64,000 nt of DNA, from assembly GCA_028534125.1 (NCBI GenBank), contig CM052817.1, positions 30,134,001 to 30,198,000 of the forward strand, written 5' to 3'. Of the stretch, positions 40,813-55,050 are shown piece by piece. Origin of the DNA: Lama glama (lineage: Eukaryota). The notes beneath the pieces were generated by a model. That model was not told where the DNA came from, ran no database searches, and worked only from the letters and a program-made list of their open reading frames with translations. Made by a program: the position numbers and the translations under genes. Positions within the stretch are counted from its first letter, which is position 1. Every line of letters starts with the position of its first letter.

Positions 40813-43204
40813 GATACACCAAATTCATGTTATACACACCTTACAGGCAGCCATGAACTGAGCAGACTCTCAATATGCACATTCTGATAAAAATATCCTA
40901 GGCTACTCCCTTCCCAGGCACCCTCCGCCCACACCAACCCTTCTCTTTCTTTCTCATTTGCCTGGTGAGTCATATCAGTGCTGGCAATTTATATTAAAGG
41001 CTTCAATCTCAGTGTCTTGCTTTCTTTTTTGCCAGTATTCTCTTAACCTGAATAGTCCTTCTAACTGCAACTGCTCACTTCTCACGGTATAAACATGGAG
41101 GAACGTACAGCCGTCAACAGAGTTCTGGCATTTCAGTGCGCTAAACAGTATTTTTTTAGACCTAAACATCCATCATGCTTTAAAAATACACCACCAGACT
41201 GTCTTCCTAAATGGGCCCTTAAACAGTGGTGGTCCCTCCCTTTGCAAGCTCAGTGAAGAGATAATATATCCTTTGGGGTCAGGCTATGCTCCGTTTTTCC
41301 CCCCAGTAGATCTTTTAACTGCAAATAACTTCTTAAATGGATTCTCAAATTTCTTTTTTAAATCAGAGTTATTATTAAATTAAAACAAGAGAAGAATGTT
41401 TACAGGTACAAAGCATTCACTTTAGCATTTCCTGCAGGATAGCTCATTTAAATATGTAGGATTCCTGACACCCCCATTGCCAAAGATGCCTCCTGGGCAC
41501 AAGAGCTTTCAAATAATCAAGACTACACTAGGCACTGCACTCCCAGAGCATCACTGGAAGAAAATACAGTATGATCTAATATGCTGTATGTTTTCCTGCC
41601 TTGTTTTTTAATTATTTATATTTTTTCTGCATTCCTTTAAAATGACTGGGTCAGTGAGAATGGCACTTCAGATCTAAGACACCTTTAGGCTCTTTCTAAA
41701 GACACATTTCATCAGCTCATTAGGTCACTGAAATTAACTGTGGTTACAACATTTCTATTTACATTCCTCATCCATTGTTCTCATAAGGGCGATGTATGTG
41801 TTACCTATTCCAAGAGTCAAGAGCGTTCATCTCCATCTTCATTGAACCTGCTGAAATGTGACATCTCTTGCTTCACATCAGGTGCCAAGGTCACATCCTT
41901 GTTAATTGTTAGTTGGATCACGGGCACCGTGTACCCGCCCACATCACTCCTCAGAAAAGAACACCACTTCTTTAGCTGTTCATCCTTTCAACTCCTAAAA
42001 CTGATTTCTTCAACCAGTGCTCTGCTGTGCTCTTTAGGAAACCTTAATAATTCTGGAGTTCTCTGACCATCAAAATCAGCCTTCTTTGGCTCTACTTGGA
42101 ATCTCATCTCCTAAGACTTCTAATTGTATCCTCCCATTCAGTTCCTGTCTGTGGATTTGCTAAAGTCAATCTACTTGTCAGTTTTCAGATTTTCTTGAAA
42201 TCTCCCTTTCAATAAATAACCTGCCTGCCTCTGCCTCCCCACACCCTTGCCCGGGCATGAAACAGCCTGGCAATTATCTGGGCGGGTAAGACAAAGTTGC
42301 TGAGCAGGAAGTGGCCACTGCTTTTCAGCTTCCCAGATGCAGGGTATCTAAAAGCTTTTCTCCTTGGTGCTTCTCAAGCAATCACAGCGTTCTATCTGAG
42401 TAAGTGTGCCTTTGAGAAATCTTGAGTCTGCATACCAAAATCACTTCTGAGACTCACATAAGCCCTGGGTCTGCAGAAATTGTCACAGGACAATCAGGAA
42501 CAAATTTAACAGTTTCAGAACAAGTACGTTCCTTTTTCCTAGGGAGGCAAAAGGAGCTGTGACCCCGTGGTGGTTTGATCTAGTGTTTAGGGGAACCCCT
42601 ATTTCCCAACCCTCACATTTTCACAGCCCTTTCTCTTTCCTGAGGGAACAATATTGAAATAACACTTCCATCCCCATTTGCTGCTCATGCACCACTGCCC
42701 CCTCAAACGAGAAATAACTTTTGTGACAACTGAGGTTGAGAGAAGGAACTGAATTTGTTCAGCTCTGCTACACTCTTTGGTTTAAGACCCACCTGCCCCA
42801 GGAGGTCTGTGTCCTGTGTTCTTGTTTCCTGTGATGAGCACACAGCGTCCGGCATAAGCTTGTCATCTAGAGACAGAGCTAAAGTGTCTGTTGGGGTCCC
42901 ATACACATGAAACAGTGACCAGGAACACGGATGTCTATCTGCCAGCCCAAATACTCCCCGGGGTGAAATATTAGAATGCCTGGCCATGACCACAGTCCCC
43001 AATACTAGTCTGGTCAGAAATAAAACTGATATTCTGACGTCCATATGTCTGCTTCCCAGGTCTAGATTTTATTTGAGTTGGGATTTTAGGAGAGGAATAA
43101 AGAAGTCTTATGACTGGCCTCATAGACCCTCAATGACTAAAGAAAAGCAATTGCACATGCTTGTCACCCAAAATGTTGAGTTTCAGTTGATTAAGTCTGT
43201 GTGA

Positions 43205-43530
43205 AGTTTAAAGACCTCAGTTTGAATCTGAATACTGTAATTTCCTATTTGTAAATATTGGGCAAGTTATTTAATCTCTCAGTGCCTAGGTTTCCTCAAC
43301 TATGCATTCAACTAATATTTAATGAGCACATACTCTGTGCCAGGTTCCAATCTAGGATCTGAGGACACGCAGTGTGCTCACACACAAACAGCATAAAATG
43401 TCTACATGTATGGAGCTTTTATTCTGTAAAACTGAAAGAGTTCTACAACATAAGGTCAGTATAAGGGTTATATGGGTTAATATATAAGATGCACTGACAG
43501 TGGTACCTGGAGCAGAGTAAGCACTCAGTA
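43205..43530. mobile_element. MIR (+) interrupted by an L2 3' end (-, about 43305-43425)
   Basis: ttgggcaagttatttaatctctcagtgcct...ttcctca, then attcaactaatatttaatgagcacatactctgtgccagg, then tgtaaaact. Confidence 0.65.
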
Positions 43531-46500
43531 CGGGATGATGATGATGATGACGATGATGCTCTTTGCGTCATTTAGGGAAACAATGCCATCTCTGAGTAAA
43601 TCGTGCTATTGATGCAGTTCTTCCTTCTCTGTGATTGTTGCTGAGCTTCATTCAAGATGTGCCATGGATGCAATGATGATTCTTACATGAAAAGATTTCA
43701 TAAATTCTGATTGCTAAGCTCCGCCCTCAATCTCTACACTCAGCTCCTTACAGGATACTGCTAATTAATATGCTGTGCTGTGTCAGGAGGGATCTTTTTC
43801 TGACATTGAACGTACAGGGCTTTCATTTTCTGCGTGCGTTGGGTTTTGCAGCATTCAAGCAAAATGTGCCTGGCATGTCATGCTTTAACGGGATTGTGGT
43901 AGGCAATACTAAAAAAAATTATTTTCTCATGGTCTTCTTTGTGGCAGTAGGACACTGCTAAACAAATACATCTAAGACGTTAATGAGGATATTGAGAAAA
44001 CAGAATTGGCATTTCTTTAAGAATATGCTAATCATTTTTCAGCTACACACATTGGCTAGTTAGGGGTTCCAAGCTCACATGTTTGCTGGGTTATTTCTAA
44101 TATAGCAATGGTTCCCACAGCACCCTCCTGCCCTCAGGTCCACGCACAGCCACTGTCTCCAGGGCAACTGATACAGATCCATTCTCAGATAGAACTCCCC
44201 TCGCACACTTCTCACAGAATCCTTTAATCTCCATGTCACACCAGTTATGAGGACCTTATGTACTAGCTTGGTTACTTGTTAGACTTTGTCCTCCTGAATC
44301 CCTATCTATCCATCAGTAACAGGTCCATTCATCTCAGCCACATTAATGTTCTCCAAGTAAGGACTGATGAATTGTTTTCACAGCTAATGGGTAACTGTCA
44401 ACACACCTCCTTTTCTTCCATTCCTCCCATTCCTCCTTTTCATCCATTCATTCAACTATCAAAACACATGTCTGTTATTTACAAATGTTATCATCTGCAA
44501 TAGCATCTTCATTTTGAAATGAAATGAAAACCTGGAGAACTTAAATATTATAGTGTACATGGGGTCATAAAGCTAACATGCAGTAGAAACATGAACTAAA
44601 ATACTTTCCTCCTGACCCAAAGTCTGCCAATCTACAGACACTGGTCTGGAGAAATTTACCAAAAATGATCTATTTGTGTTGTAAAGTCCACCAAAAGTCA
44701 CTCACTGCAAATTTAAAGAGATATTCTGCAACAAATCCTTATGGGACCTGACATTCTCCAACACATTCTTTCCACTTACATTGTAAAATTGAATGCAAAT
44801 CACTCACTCCAAATTTAAGGAGATATTGTTCAACTAAATCTTTCTGGGCCTTAACATTCTCTGACAATTTAGGGCCCATCTTCAACTGTGGTATCATGAT
44901 ATCCATGACATTCACTCTGTGGGACCTTAGAAAAGGCCCTGGCAGCCCAATTGAAGATCAGATGATTAACAAGTGTCATAGCTTTCTTTACACAGTAATG
45001 CGTTACTGAAACAACACATCTATAATTGCCTGTTTCTAATATATATATAATTTCTTAAAACTTTTATTCATGCAGATGTTGTGTTTTTAATATACTTTTT
45101 AAATTATTTTTATTGAGGTGTACATATATAAACACATCAGGAAATATTTTAAAAACTTTTGGTGAGCTCTAATTGTTCAGAACTTTTTTTTTCCAAAAAT
45201 AATTGCTTTCAACATGGACAGACTCCTCAGTGATTTTTATTTTTGTTTACAATACAATGATAAATGACAGCATGAAAGATCTTGGGGAGCAATGGGAGCT
45301 CCACTCACATCCCTGAAAGGGAGGGGCAGAAAGAAGAAAATTGACAGGTGACTAGAAGATTCCCCTCCCCCACCCTGCTGGTTCTGGGAGCAACGAAACT
45401 GGATAAAATGCCTTCAGGTTCCTTGGGAATCTGATTTGTTCAGGAAATCCGAAAATGATAAAGACAACATTCCTTAAAGCTTTCAAGCTTCAAGTAACTT
45501 AATTAAAAAAAAAAAAACTGCTCTGCATGATACAGGTAAACTTATACTCTACCCAACGAGAAAAGCACTATTTGGAAACAGAACTGGATTCAAAAATATG
45601 TAGATGAAATCATTATAACAAAACCACTAAAAGCTACTAAGTAAAAGATTCAGGATGGTCTCTAAACTTTTAATGATTGATTGTAAGCATCTGCCACGTG
45701 GTTGCTGGTCATTTTTAAGCCAAGAGAAATTCAAGTCTTAGTAGACTTACAGGCAGTAAAGCAGTGCTTTGCAAAAGGACAACAGATGATAAAGTTAAAC
45801 TGATTTTTTCAAACTATTAAACATTTATTGAGTGATAATCTATGCAAGATGTTGTGCTAAGTGCTGTGTGGATTAAGCAATCAAAATGATTTAGTTCCTA
45901 TATTCAAGAAATTCATAATCTCCTCAGGAAGAGGCATGTACAAAAGTAACAATAATTCAGATCTTCCCTATGGAAGTAAAACTGAGCAGTTTGTGCCCAT
46001 CTGCCTAAGTCAAAAACCTTTGAGACAGCTTTGATCTTACTTCTTCTCTCACCTGTCTAACATGCTATTTTTCCACTACTTGAAAGACATACCAAAAACA
46101 GATGTTTTTGAAAAATGAGTAAAGCTGCAATAGGTAAGACAGATGAAAGGGGATGGATAATGAATGCAGGGAGTGAAAGAATAAAGTATTTCAACAAGAC
46201 AGAGGAGGAAGTGAAGGGGGAGTTCTAAACATTAGTGGTGACGGCTAACCAGGAAGCATTAATGGACAGAGCTAAAAGACGTTTCCACCTGCGGAGGCAG
46301 AGTTGGTATGAGGTCTCCAAGCTCAGAAGACTTTCGAAATACACACACACACAATGGCAGCTGAATCCCTGAGGACAAATGAGAACACCGTCAAGAATGA
46401 AAACGGAGGCAAAAAATACCTCCATGCATTAAAGGAGAGAGAGGTCATCAGAGAGAAAACAGGCAAAAACACTAATACCAACTAAGAAATATGACAAGAT

Positions 46501-47282
46501 AATGGCTATTTGAGACTATATAAGGACTTATAACTAATTTAAGGAACAATTTAGCAAAGGAAGGCTTAAAGAAAAAAATTAACTTTATTTTACAGAATTT
46601 AGTCTAATGTGTAATAGTCAAGACTTTCAGCAATAAAGTTAATATTCTGAGACAATTTCATAAGACATTTAATAAAGATGCAAGAACATTAACAACGCTG
46701 AAAATGGCTTTTAAAGACATTTATTCAATATAGGCAAGGGTGATAAAAAAATAAAATGTTATGAATGTATCAATAATGCACTTTAAAAGTAGGTCATTTT
46801 AGAATATATAATTTTATTTATATTAATGGCAACTTTGAGCCATAACTGACATCTAAAGTGCATTGTTGGATATAATTCAACTTTTTTGTAACAATTTTAA
46901 GGGGAAAGTACATTCTCATATAATGGTTTAAAAGTATAACACCCACAGCTGGTAATCATGTCACATAAAAACTGAAACCAAATATCTTTACCTCTTGCTA
47001 AGGGTTCATAAATAAGACATTTTTTTGACCAAGTGTCACATTCATGTTATAGCTCTTCCTGTAGATGGCCTGTTATCACCTCTATAAAATGTTTATTGCT
47101 ACACAATTAAGGAGCAAGTTAGATACCAAAACTTGGAATCAGAGAAATCTAAGTTCAAATCTGAGTTGCACAGTAATAATTTTGTGATCCTGTGCACATC
47201 ACTTAAATTGTATGTGCTGCAATATTCTCACAGATGGGGCTCATAATGCCAATCTGACAGTGTGCTTGTAAGAATTAAATGA

Positions 47283-48072
47283 CACCAGAGAGAATGGCTA
47301 CCATCAAAAAGTCCACAAACGATAAATGCTGGAGAGGGTGTGGAGAAGAGGGAGCCCTCCTACACTGTTGGTGGGAATGAAGTTTGGTGCCACCACTGTG
47401 GAAAACAGCATGGAGATTCATTAAAAATTAAAAATAGACTTGCCATGTGATCCAGCGATCCCACCCCTGGGCATATATCTGGAGGGAACTTTAATTCAAA
47501 AGGATACATGCACCCCAATGTTCACAGCAGCACTATTTCAATAGCCAAAACATGGAAACAATGAAAATGTCCATCAACAGATGACTGGAAAAAGAAATAA
47601 TGGAATACTACTCAGCCATAAGAAAAAATTAAATAACGCTATTTGCTGCAACCTGGATGGAACTGGAGATCGCCATTCTAAGTGAAGTAAGCCAGAAAGA
47701 GAAAGAAAAATACCATATGCTATCACTTATATGTTAATCTAAACAAAGACATAAATGAACTTATTTACAAAACTGAAACAGACTGACAGCCATAGAAAAC
47801 AAACTTATGGTTACCAGTGGGGAAAGGGGTGGGAAGGGCGAAATGGGGAGTTCGAGATTTCCAGATACTAACTGCTATATATAAAATAGATAAACAGCAA
47901 ATTTATACTGTATACCACAGGGAACTATATTCAATATCTTGTAGTAACCTACAATGGAAAAGAATATGAAAATGAATATATATATGTATATGTGTGACTG
48001 AAACTTTATGCTACATACCAGAACCTCACAGAACATTGTAAACAGACTATATAAAAAAGTAAAAAAAAAAAA
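47283..48072 (+). mobile_element. 5'-truncated young L1 inserted in a MIR
   Basis: ORF2 C-terminal motifs (aaatgctggagagggtgtggagaa), 3' UTR and poly(A). TSD aagaattaaatga (47270-47282) and aaggattaaatga (48073-48085). Confidence 0.92.
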
Positions 48073-48165
48073 AAGGATTAAATGAAATGATGTCTGTAGG
48101 GTACACTGTGCTTGGCATAGACAAAACACTAAAAAAAAGATATGTGTTTAGTTAGTAGCAGCAGT

Positions 48166-48744
48166 TGTATTAGTTTTATAATGTGCAACAAATTATTACA
48201 AACTTAAGCACTTGAAACAACATCCCTTTAGGAAGCAGAGCTTGGCACAACTGGGTCCTCTGCTCAGGGTCTGAGGCTGAAATCAAGGTGTCTACTGGGC
48301 TGGGTTCCCTTCTGGAGACGCTGGGGAAGGCTGAGCTTCCAAGCTCATTCAAATCGTTGACCAAATTCAGCTCCTCACACTGTATAATATAACACTGTAT
48401 AAGGTCCCAATTTCCTTGCTGGCTGCCACGGCTCATCTCCTAGAGGCTGTCAACACTCCCGGCTACATGGTCCTCTCCAGCAACGGAGAATCTCCTTCAC
48501 GTCAAGTGCCTTTCATGTTTCAAATCTCGCTGACTACTCCATCTCAGATCCTTAGAACCAGATTTAAAGGGTCCATCTGATTATGTCAGGCCCTCCTGAG
48601 TAACCTCCCTTTCTTAAAGGCAGAGTGCCGCAAAGCAAAACCTAATCGCGGGACTGATGCATTCGCAGTCCCAGGGATTAGACAGGACTTAAAAAAACAC
48701 ACAGCAGGAATCTTGAGGGATATCTTAGAATTCTACCTGCCACA
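48166..48744 (-). mobile_element. MLT1D/E-like MaLR solo LTR
   Basis: tgtattagttt start, ggctgaaatcaaggtgtc, cttagaattctacctgccaca end. Confidence 0.75.
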
Positions 48745-48808
48745 GTAACAGCCCTAATAATTGTCTACTGCCTAACACTTTCAATCATTTAAAACATTTA
48801 TCTTTTTT

Positions 48809-49056
48809 TTTTACTTTTTTTTTTTTAAACTGAAGTACAGTCAGTTACCATGAGTCAACTTCTGGTGTCCAGCATAATGTTTCATTATTATTAAACATAC
48901 ATATAATTGTTAAATATAAGTATAATTGTTTTCACATTCTTTTTCATCATAGGTTACTACAAGATATTGAATATAGTTCCCTGTGCTATACAGAATAAAT
49001 TTGTTTTTTATCTATTTTATATATAGTAGTTAGTATTTGAACATCTCAAACTCCCA
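48809..49056 (-). mobile_element. Short L1 3' end
   Basis: TSD atttatctttttt (48796-48808 and 49057-49069), canonical TT/AAAA endonuclease site, gaatatagttccctgtgctatacag motif. Confidence 0.88.
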
Positions 49057-49599
49057 ATTTATCTTTTTTAAGGTTTGAAGAAATCATAAGTAATTATGAT
49101 CAGAAGCCTAATAAAATCCCTTAAGTTGTTATATCATTAATGTTTAATTATATTTATACACAGGAGATACAACATATTTATGGGAATTTGAATTTCTAAA
49201 GAAAAGCCAAAAGAAAATAGACTACCGTTTACTTGCCTACTCATCCTTTCTCAGAAGCACCTTATTCCCCTGTTTCATTCTGTACACTTCCAGAGACATA
49301 ATCTTGAAAGCCAGGAATTTCCTTTCATTTAATTCTAATGGTGATAAGAAAAATCATGCAGTTCACAGATTCTGACAAACTAAAAGTTTGATTCTGCTAC
49401 AAGCTTCCACTGGAAAGGCAGCCCCAAAAGGAGTTGAATCATGCTAGCCCCAGGGTAAGGAGTTAAAAATCATCCGATTTTATCAATTCCCTTACAAAAA
49501 CAACCACCCATCTGCTGTTTTTAAAGAACCTCTCATTTGAACTCATTGTTTCTTAAACTGTGAACAAATTTCCATGTTATGACATATTAGCAAGAATCA

Positions 49600-49870
49600 A
49601 AGGGCCATTGGGAAGTTGACTACCAAACACCTACCACATGCCAGGTACTTTTATGGGACTATTACACACAACATTTCATGTAATCTTTTTTAACATTCTA
49701 AGGAATTTTCATTGTTTTATATCTATTTTACCTATAAAAAAACTGAGGCTCAAAGAAGATAACTAATGTGTAAAAAAAAAACAAACATACAATTAGAATG
49801 TGCGAACACCAGAATGCAAACCTAGGTTTATCAGGCTCCAAACCTGATATGGTTCCTGGGTATACCATAC
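49600..49870 (-). mobile_element. MIR SINE
   Basis: cctaccacatgccaggtact...aaaactgaggctcaaaga...ggctccaaa. Confidence 0.65.
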
Positions 49871-51543
49871 TACCTCGTAAGGTTAGCATGGGTCACATGG
49901 GGACAAAGGAAATGCATCTAGGAGAAAGAATGTTTGCATTTAATATTCCTTCATTTCTTTGGTTTTCATAGACATATCCCTCTTTCATGCACCATGTTCT
50001 TTAAATGCGACTCACAACAAGTCAGTCAGGGCTGAAATGTGTATGACTAATCGCATCACTGCATTATTAATTCTGCAAATAATCTAAGTACTCATTGATT
50101 GCATATCAAGCAATGTTGGAATTATTTACATAAAACACATGATCTTCTTGTGTCCTTATTAGCTATTCTTAGACATAATAACAGCAAAAGCTTTGATTCA
50201 GATCAAGTAAGGGGTAAAATCAGCAGAATGACAGTCAAAGATTCTGGCCTTACTTCACCAATGCCCTAACAGATTTTCTACTAATCAATGTCCTTTCTGT
50301 TGCTTCATATCTGAACCCAGATCCAAATCCAGGACATATGTCCAAGTCAAGGCTGACCAAGAAATGTGATAAAGAGACCCCCCCCAAACAAATAAATAAG
50401 TGGGATTGCAAACCAGTCTTCATTTTTCAGAGGGACTTATCCAGAGGCTCCCAGAGCAGAGGTTTTCTCATTGCTATTGACCACCCCTGTTGGATTTGGG
50501 GGTTCTTAATTCCTGATTTATCAGATAAAGGCTCTAAAGAAACATGCATGGGTTGGAATGCTCATTCTATCACAAAATAATTATGTGACAAAGGGAAAAT
50601 ACTTGGTCTCCAGCTCTCATTTTCTTAATGAGAAGAAAAAGTGGGGCTCATCAAACTACCTGTCTCCCTTGTGGGACTAATAGTGAATATTAAATCCTAG
50701 GTGAAGTGCTTAGCATATTACCTGGCACTCAAAACATGGCAGGTACTATTATTACGGATTTATTATGACTCACATCATTTTATAATGTTATTAGATAACC
50801 TCTGCAAGACAACTAAAAAATTCCAATAGTCTGTATGAAACTAATAATGGTTTTGCATAATCTCAACATAGAAAAACATTTAGACTTAATGCTTCTCGGG
50901 CATTTGAAATACATTTTTGTCGTCTTGTTTTTGTTTCTATCACGTGCAACTAGTGGCTCTTACAGTGCTTTCATTTCAGTGTTAGAATGCAGTCCCGAAT
51001 GCCCTACAGACAACAGGACCCATGGGGCCTCTGGTTCACAAGTGTCGCTCATGTGTTCATCCCAATTCAGCAACAGCAAAGGCCGCTGAATGAGTCCATT
51101 TCACTATAGTAAATCCAAGCTCATCCTAATGGTTCTAATAATATGTGCTGTTGAATTTAAGGTTCAGCACAGCAACTGAATCCACTTATCAATCAACATT
51201 GTTTCTGAGAAGAGTGCCTCACTGTAAGAAATGCTGGAGGTCCAAATCACCAACATTTAAAGATAAAACTCACTTTTTTTTTAAACAGGGCTTATTAAAG
51301 ATGTTTAATATATAATAAGATCACTAATCACTGCAGAAAAGAAATAATACACAATAAACAATTCTGTGATAAATTTATATCTGTATCTCATTAATAAATT
51401 TCAGATGGATAACAAGGTTATATGTACAAACTGAACTTTATAATGCCTAGAAGAAAATATAAACAATATATGTGAAAAATGTACATCGGAGAAAAGTCAT
51501 CTTAAAAATCATGAAAGAGTTTTTAAAGTAATAGATTTTTAAC

Positions 51544-51725
51544 TTTTTTTTGTATTGAAGTATAGTTGGTTTACAATGTTGTGTTCATTTCTGGTGTACA
51601 GCATAGTGATTCAGTTATACATACATATATATTCCTTTTCATATTCTTTTTCATTACAGGCTATTACAAGATATTGAATATAGTTCCCTGTGCTATACAG
51701 TAAGACCTTGCTGTTTAGCTATTTT
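51544..51725 (-). mobile_element. L1 3' end (about 180 bp with poly(A)) fused to the U6 copy
   Basis: Same L1 3' UTR family as at 5.8, 47.9, 48.9 and 58.5 kb. It begins immediately after the U6 oligo-T. Confidence 0.9.
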
Positions 51726-51830
51726 AAAAAATATAGAACACTTCATGAATTCACGTGTCATCCTTGCACAAGGGCCATGCTAATCTTCTCTGTATCATTC
51801 AAATTTTAGTATATGTGCTGTAGTGAGCAC
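51726..51830 (-). pseudogene. Full-length U6 snRNA retropseudogene (5' part of a U6-L1 chimera)
   Basis: Minus strand GTGCTCACTACAGCACATATACTAAAATTTGAATGATACAGAGAAGATTAGCATGGCCCTTGTGCAAGGATGACACGTGAATTCATGAAGTGTTCTATATTTTTT. ACAGAGA and AGC are intact, but there is a 3-nt deletion in the 5' stem and most CpGs have decayed. Confidence 0.96.
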
Positions 51831-52379
51831 TAAAACTTATTGTTAAATGCCTAAACTGTATATGAGAACCCCAAATAAGGAGCTATCCAAAGTATAAATG
51901 CGTCTGTGTATTTTTATGTTGGAGCATTGGATTCACGTACAGAGTCAACTGACAAATAGTGAATTCTAGGTATTCTTCCAGGCACTGAGGACATAGTAGC
52001 AAACTAGAAAGATGTGGCCTCTGCTCCTCATCCATTTAATTCCACTTTCCCTGGCAATTATTGTCATGGAGGTTTGAGATTTCAGGCTAACATTTCAAAG
52101 ACCATCTCCTCTTAAATACCTGAAATTCAGGCTCTGGTTTCACAGCCCAAACAGCAAAGCTCTTTATGCTTAGGAGTCGGGGAAGAAGGCTTTGAAGGCA
52201 TAGCAAATCAAGTTGTCAAAAAAGCATAATAATCAAATCATAAACACACTAAGCGTGTTGGCCACAAAACATAGTTTCTGAATCATATCTTGAAACAAGA
52301 TATGACTTGTATCATCAAGCAGTGCCCATTATCTGTCACTATCGAAGATGAGTTACACCCTGAGAAATGGGTACTTCTT

Positions 52380-52778
52380 GCTATGAATGGTAATCTTAAA
52401 GCTGCCAAATGTCTTCAGTTCTACTTCTGAGTACATTGTAGAGTCGTACTGCTCTGCCCCCTGGAAGTTAAACATGTCGATGTGCCTGCCTTTGAGCGAA
52501 GAATCTGAGAAGTGACATTGTCTTGGCAGAAGCTCTAAGCGACAGTATGTTCCTGATCCCATGTCTTTTCCCTGACACCGTGACCAGCAATATTTTAGAT
52601 GGCGAAAGTCCATCATCTTGAGACCCTCAGGGAGGATGATGTGTCGGAGAGCCCAAACCCTGCACACCCATCCAACCTCAGTGAACAGTGTCGGGTCATA
52701 AGCAATAAGAGAGAATAAAACATGTTTTAAGCTGAGACTTGTTACTGCAGCATAATTCAGTTAATTCAGACTAATACA
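52380..52778 (+). mobile_element. Old MLT1-type MaLR LTR
   Basis: ccatcatcttgagaccc...aataaaacatgttttaagc...ttgttactgcagcataa...gactaataca end. Confidence 0.6.
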
Positions 52779-53169
52779 CTTAGTAAACAAAGGTAAGTCT
52801 CTGACCCTATAAAATTGAGAGCCAGCTTAGAACAGTAGTGCACAAAAGTCCCTCTTCAAAGATATTGAGGAAAATCCTAGCCAGACTCACCTGGTGACAG
52901 AGTGATCTTTCTATACACATTTTTTTTTCATTTTTAACTAAAAGATCACTAATAAAGTACTATTGGAGAATAAAGGAAGATACCATTGTTTTTAACCAGA
53001 AACTTAGATGATTCAGTCCAGTGTTTGGGCAACCTGTATCAGAATGAAGACCATTTGATGAAATGCAGATTTTTGGGCATAATTTGTGAATTACTGAATA
53101 TTTGTTAAATGTGCATTTGACAAATTCTCCAACTGATTCCTTCATACCCTTCATGAGAAATCTTGGTTT

Positions 53170-53950
53170 AGGGCCGGGGGCTGCAAACTAATAGTTCTTT
53201 GTTATGTTTTGTTTGAGTTGCACAAGATTTTGTTTTGATTAGAATTAGAAGTGATTGGCATTTAAATTAAAAAAAAACTTTCCATAAAAACTGATATTTC
53301 CAACAACTTTCAAAAAATAATTGGAGTATCTAGCAACTCTGATCTCAGACACATATGGCAAGAATCAGAAGAAGTGGAACTCTCTTTAAACAAGAAATAT
53401 ATGTGCTCCAGTTCTTCAGTCTTCATGATGTCAACTCATTCTTCTACTTGACCTGCCCAAGAGAAGCGCTAGTTTGGGTCCCCATATTCTTTTTTCTGAG
53501 TGTTTTGTTATATGGACTGGATATTATGGAAAGTGGGAAAAAAGAAAGCCACTGAAGAGTGTTGGGCAAAAGAATTACATAATTAAATCTAATTTAAAAA
53601 TAACCTGGCAATGTAGAAAGTAGGGTAGGGCTGGGTTTATACACTCAGGTGTTTTGGGACACTATTTACTGGCCAGGCAGGCAGCATGACTGAGGGGCAT
53701 GAACTGAATGAGAACGCTTATTAAATGTGGAAGATCTACCTTCTCTAGTAGGGAAAGCTGTTACTTAGTTTCAATTGCTGTCATCAGTTCAATTTCAATT
53801 TCAATTTCTGTCATCAGGAATTTCAGCCTAGGATGACCAAATCTGCCATTTTTAAAAGAGGAGACAGAAATCCACAATTTTATTGCAAGGGTCCTGATTT
53901 CTAAATGCTTTAGGCTGAGTATTTATTTAAAAACAGAAACACACCAATCA
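53170..53950. mobile_element. Two degenerate MER102-like hAT fragments in opposite orientation
   Basis: ggggctgcaaact terminus. A ccaaatctgccatttttaaaagaggagacagaaatcc-type motif appears on both strands. Confidence 0.4.
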
Positions 53951-53999
53951 TGTTGATATCTGTGTATTGAGGATACAGAATTAAAGTCAGGAGACTAGG

Positions 54000-55050
54000 A
54001 ACGAGTAAAGAAAACTTGAAAAACCATTCTCAGATGGATTTTTAGCTCTTGTAGTTTGACAAATGTGGATACCATTAACCACTACAAAGAGAACCACAGG
54101 AAGAAAAGCAATTTCAGGTGGCAAATTCATGAATTTAGTTTCTAGAAGTTTGAGAAATGCGTGCATGAAAGGACACGGCTCATCAGGAGTCTATTCACTT
54201 ATTCAACAAATATTATGATTATCTACCTTCTAGAAGCAGTACACATACACTTGGGGCTAGAACAACAGACAAGGAGGCATAAATCTTTGACTTTAAAGCT
54301 CTTAGATTCCACTAGGTGAAAGATAGAGTTACCAAAAGAGCATGTTAATATTATGGCAAATACAGTAATGGGTAATTTTTTCAACAGAGATGTGTGTGTG
54401 TGCAGGGATGATAGTCATGTAAGATTACTAGAAAGTATGATTTTCAAGCCGGAACCTGAAGAAAGGAAAATGTGTTCCCAGTAGACTCAACAGCTCGTAA
54501 AAAGGCGCACAGGCTAGAGAAAGTCAAATGCATTAAAGAATAAAAACTGAAACAAGGTCAGGTAATCTACACCACTTCATGCAAGATAGTGATAAATTGT
54601 CAGAGATGAGGCCGGAAGAGTGAACAGAGGCCAGGGGCTGTAGAAACTACCACCTTAAGTGCTCTGGGCTTGATCCTGGAAGTAGTGTGTGGTCATAAAA
54701 AGAGTTCGTCCGGGCAGTAGCAAGCAAATTTACACCAGAAAACAGCAGCAGGAGGAGAGACAATCTACAGATAGGTTACTATTTGAGGCTATGGAACTGA
54801 ATGAAATTCTTCTGGGAAAATCATGAAAGTGAAAAGCAATAAGAGTTCAAAGGACGGAATCTTGGAGAGCGCCCACATTCGGGGAGGGAGAAAATAAAGA
54901 AAAAACCAAAGAATGAAGATGGAGAGTGGAGAGACCAAGGATCAGGAAAGAGGAGTGAGTTTCAAAAGGAGGTAGACCTACAATATCAGAAAGAGCAGAG
55001 AAGTCAAACAGGGAGAGCTCTGAAGAGATGTGGCCAACTACATCCTATAG
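54000..55050 (-). mobile_element. L2 fragments
   Basis: ttattcaacaaatattatgattatctac, agagatgaggccggaagagtgaacagaggccag, and purine-rich L2 antisense signature. Confidence 0.6.

Noticed and set aside
51726..51830. Functional U6 snRNA gene
   Set aside because: CpG decay, 5'-stem deletion, fusion to L1, and no evident upstream PSE/TATA promoter.
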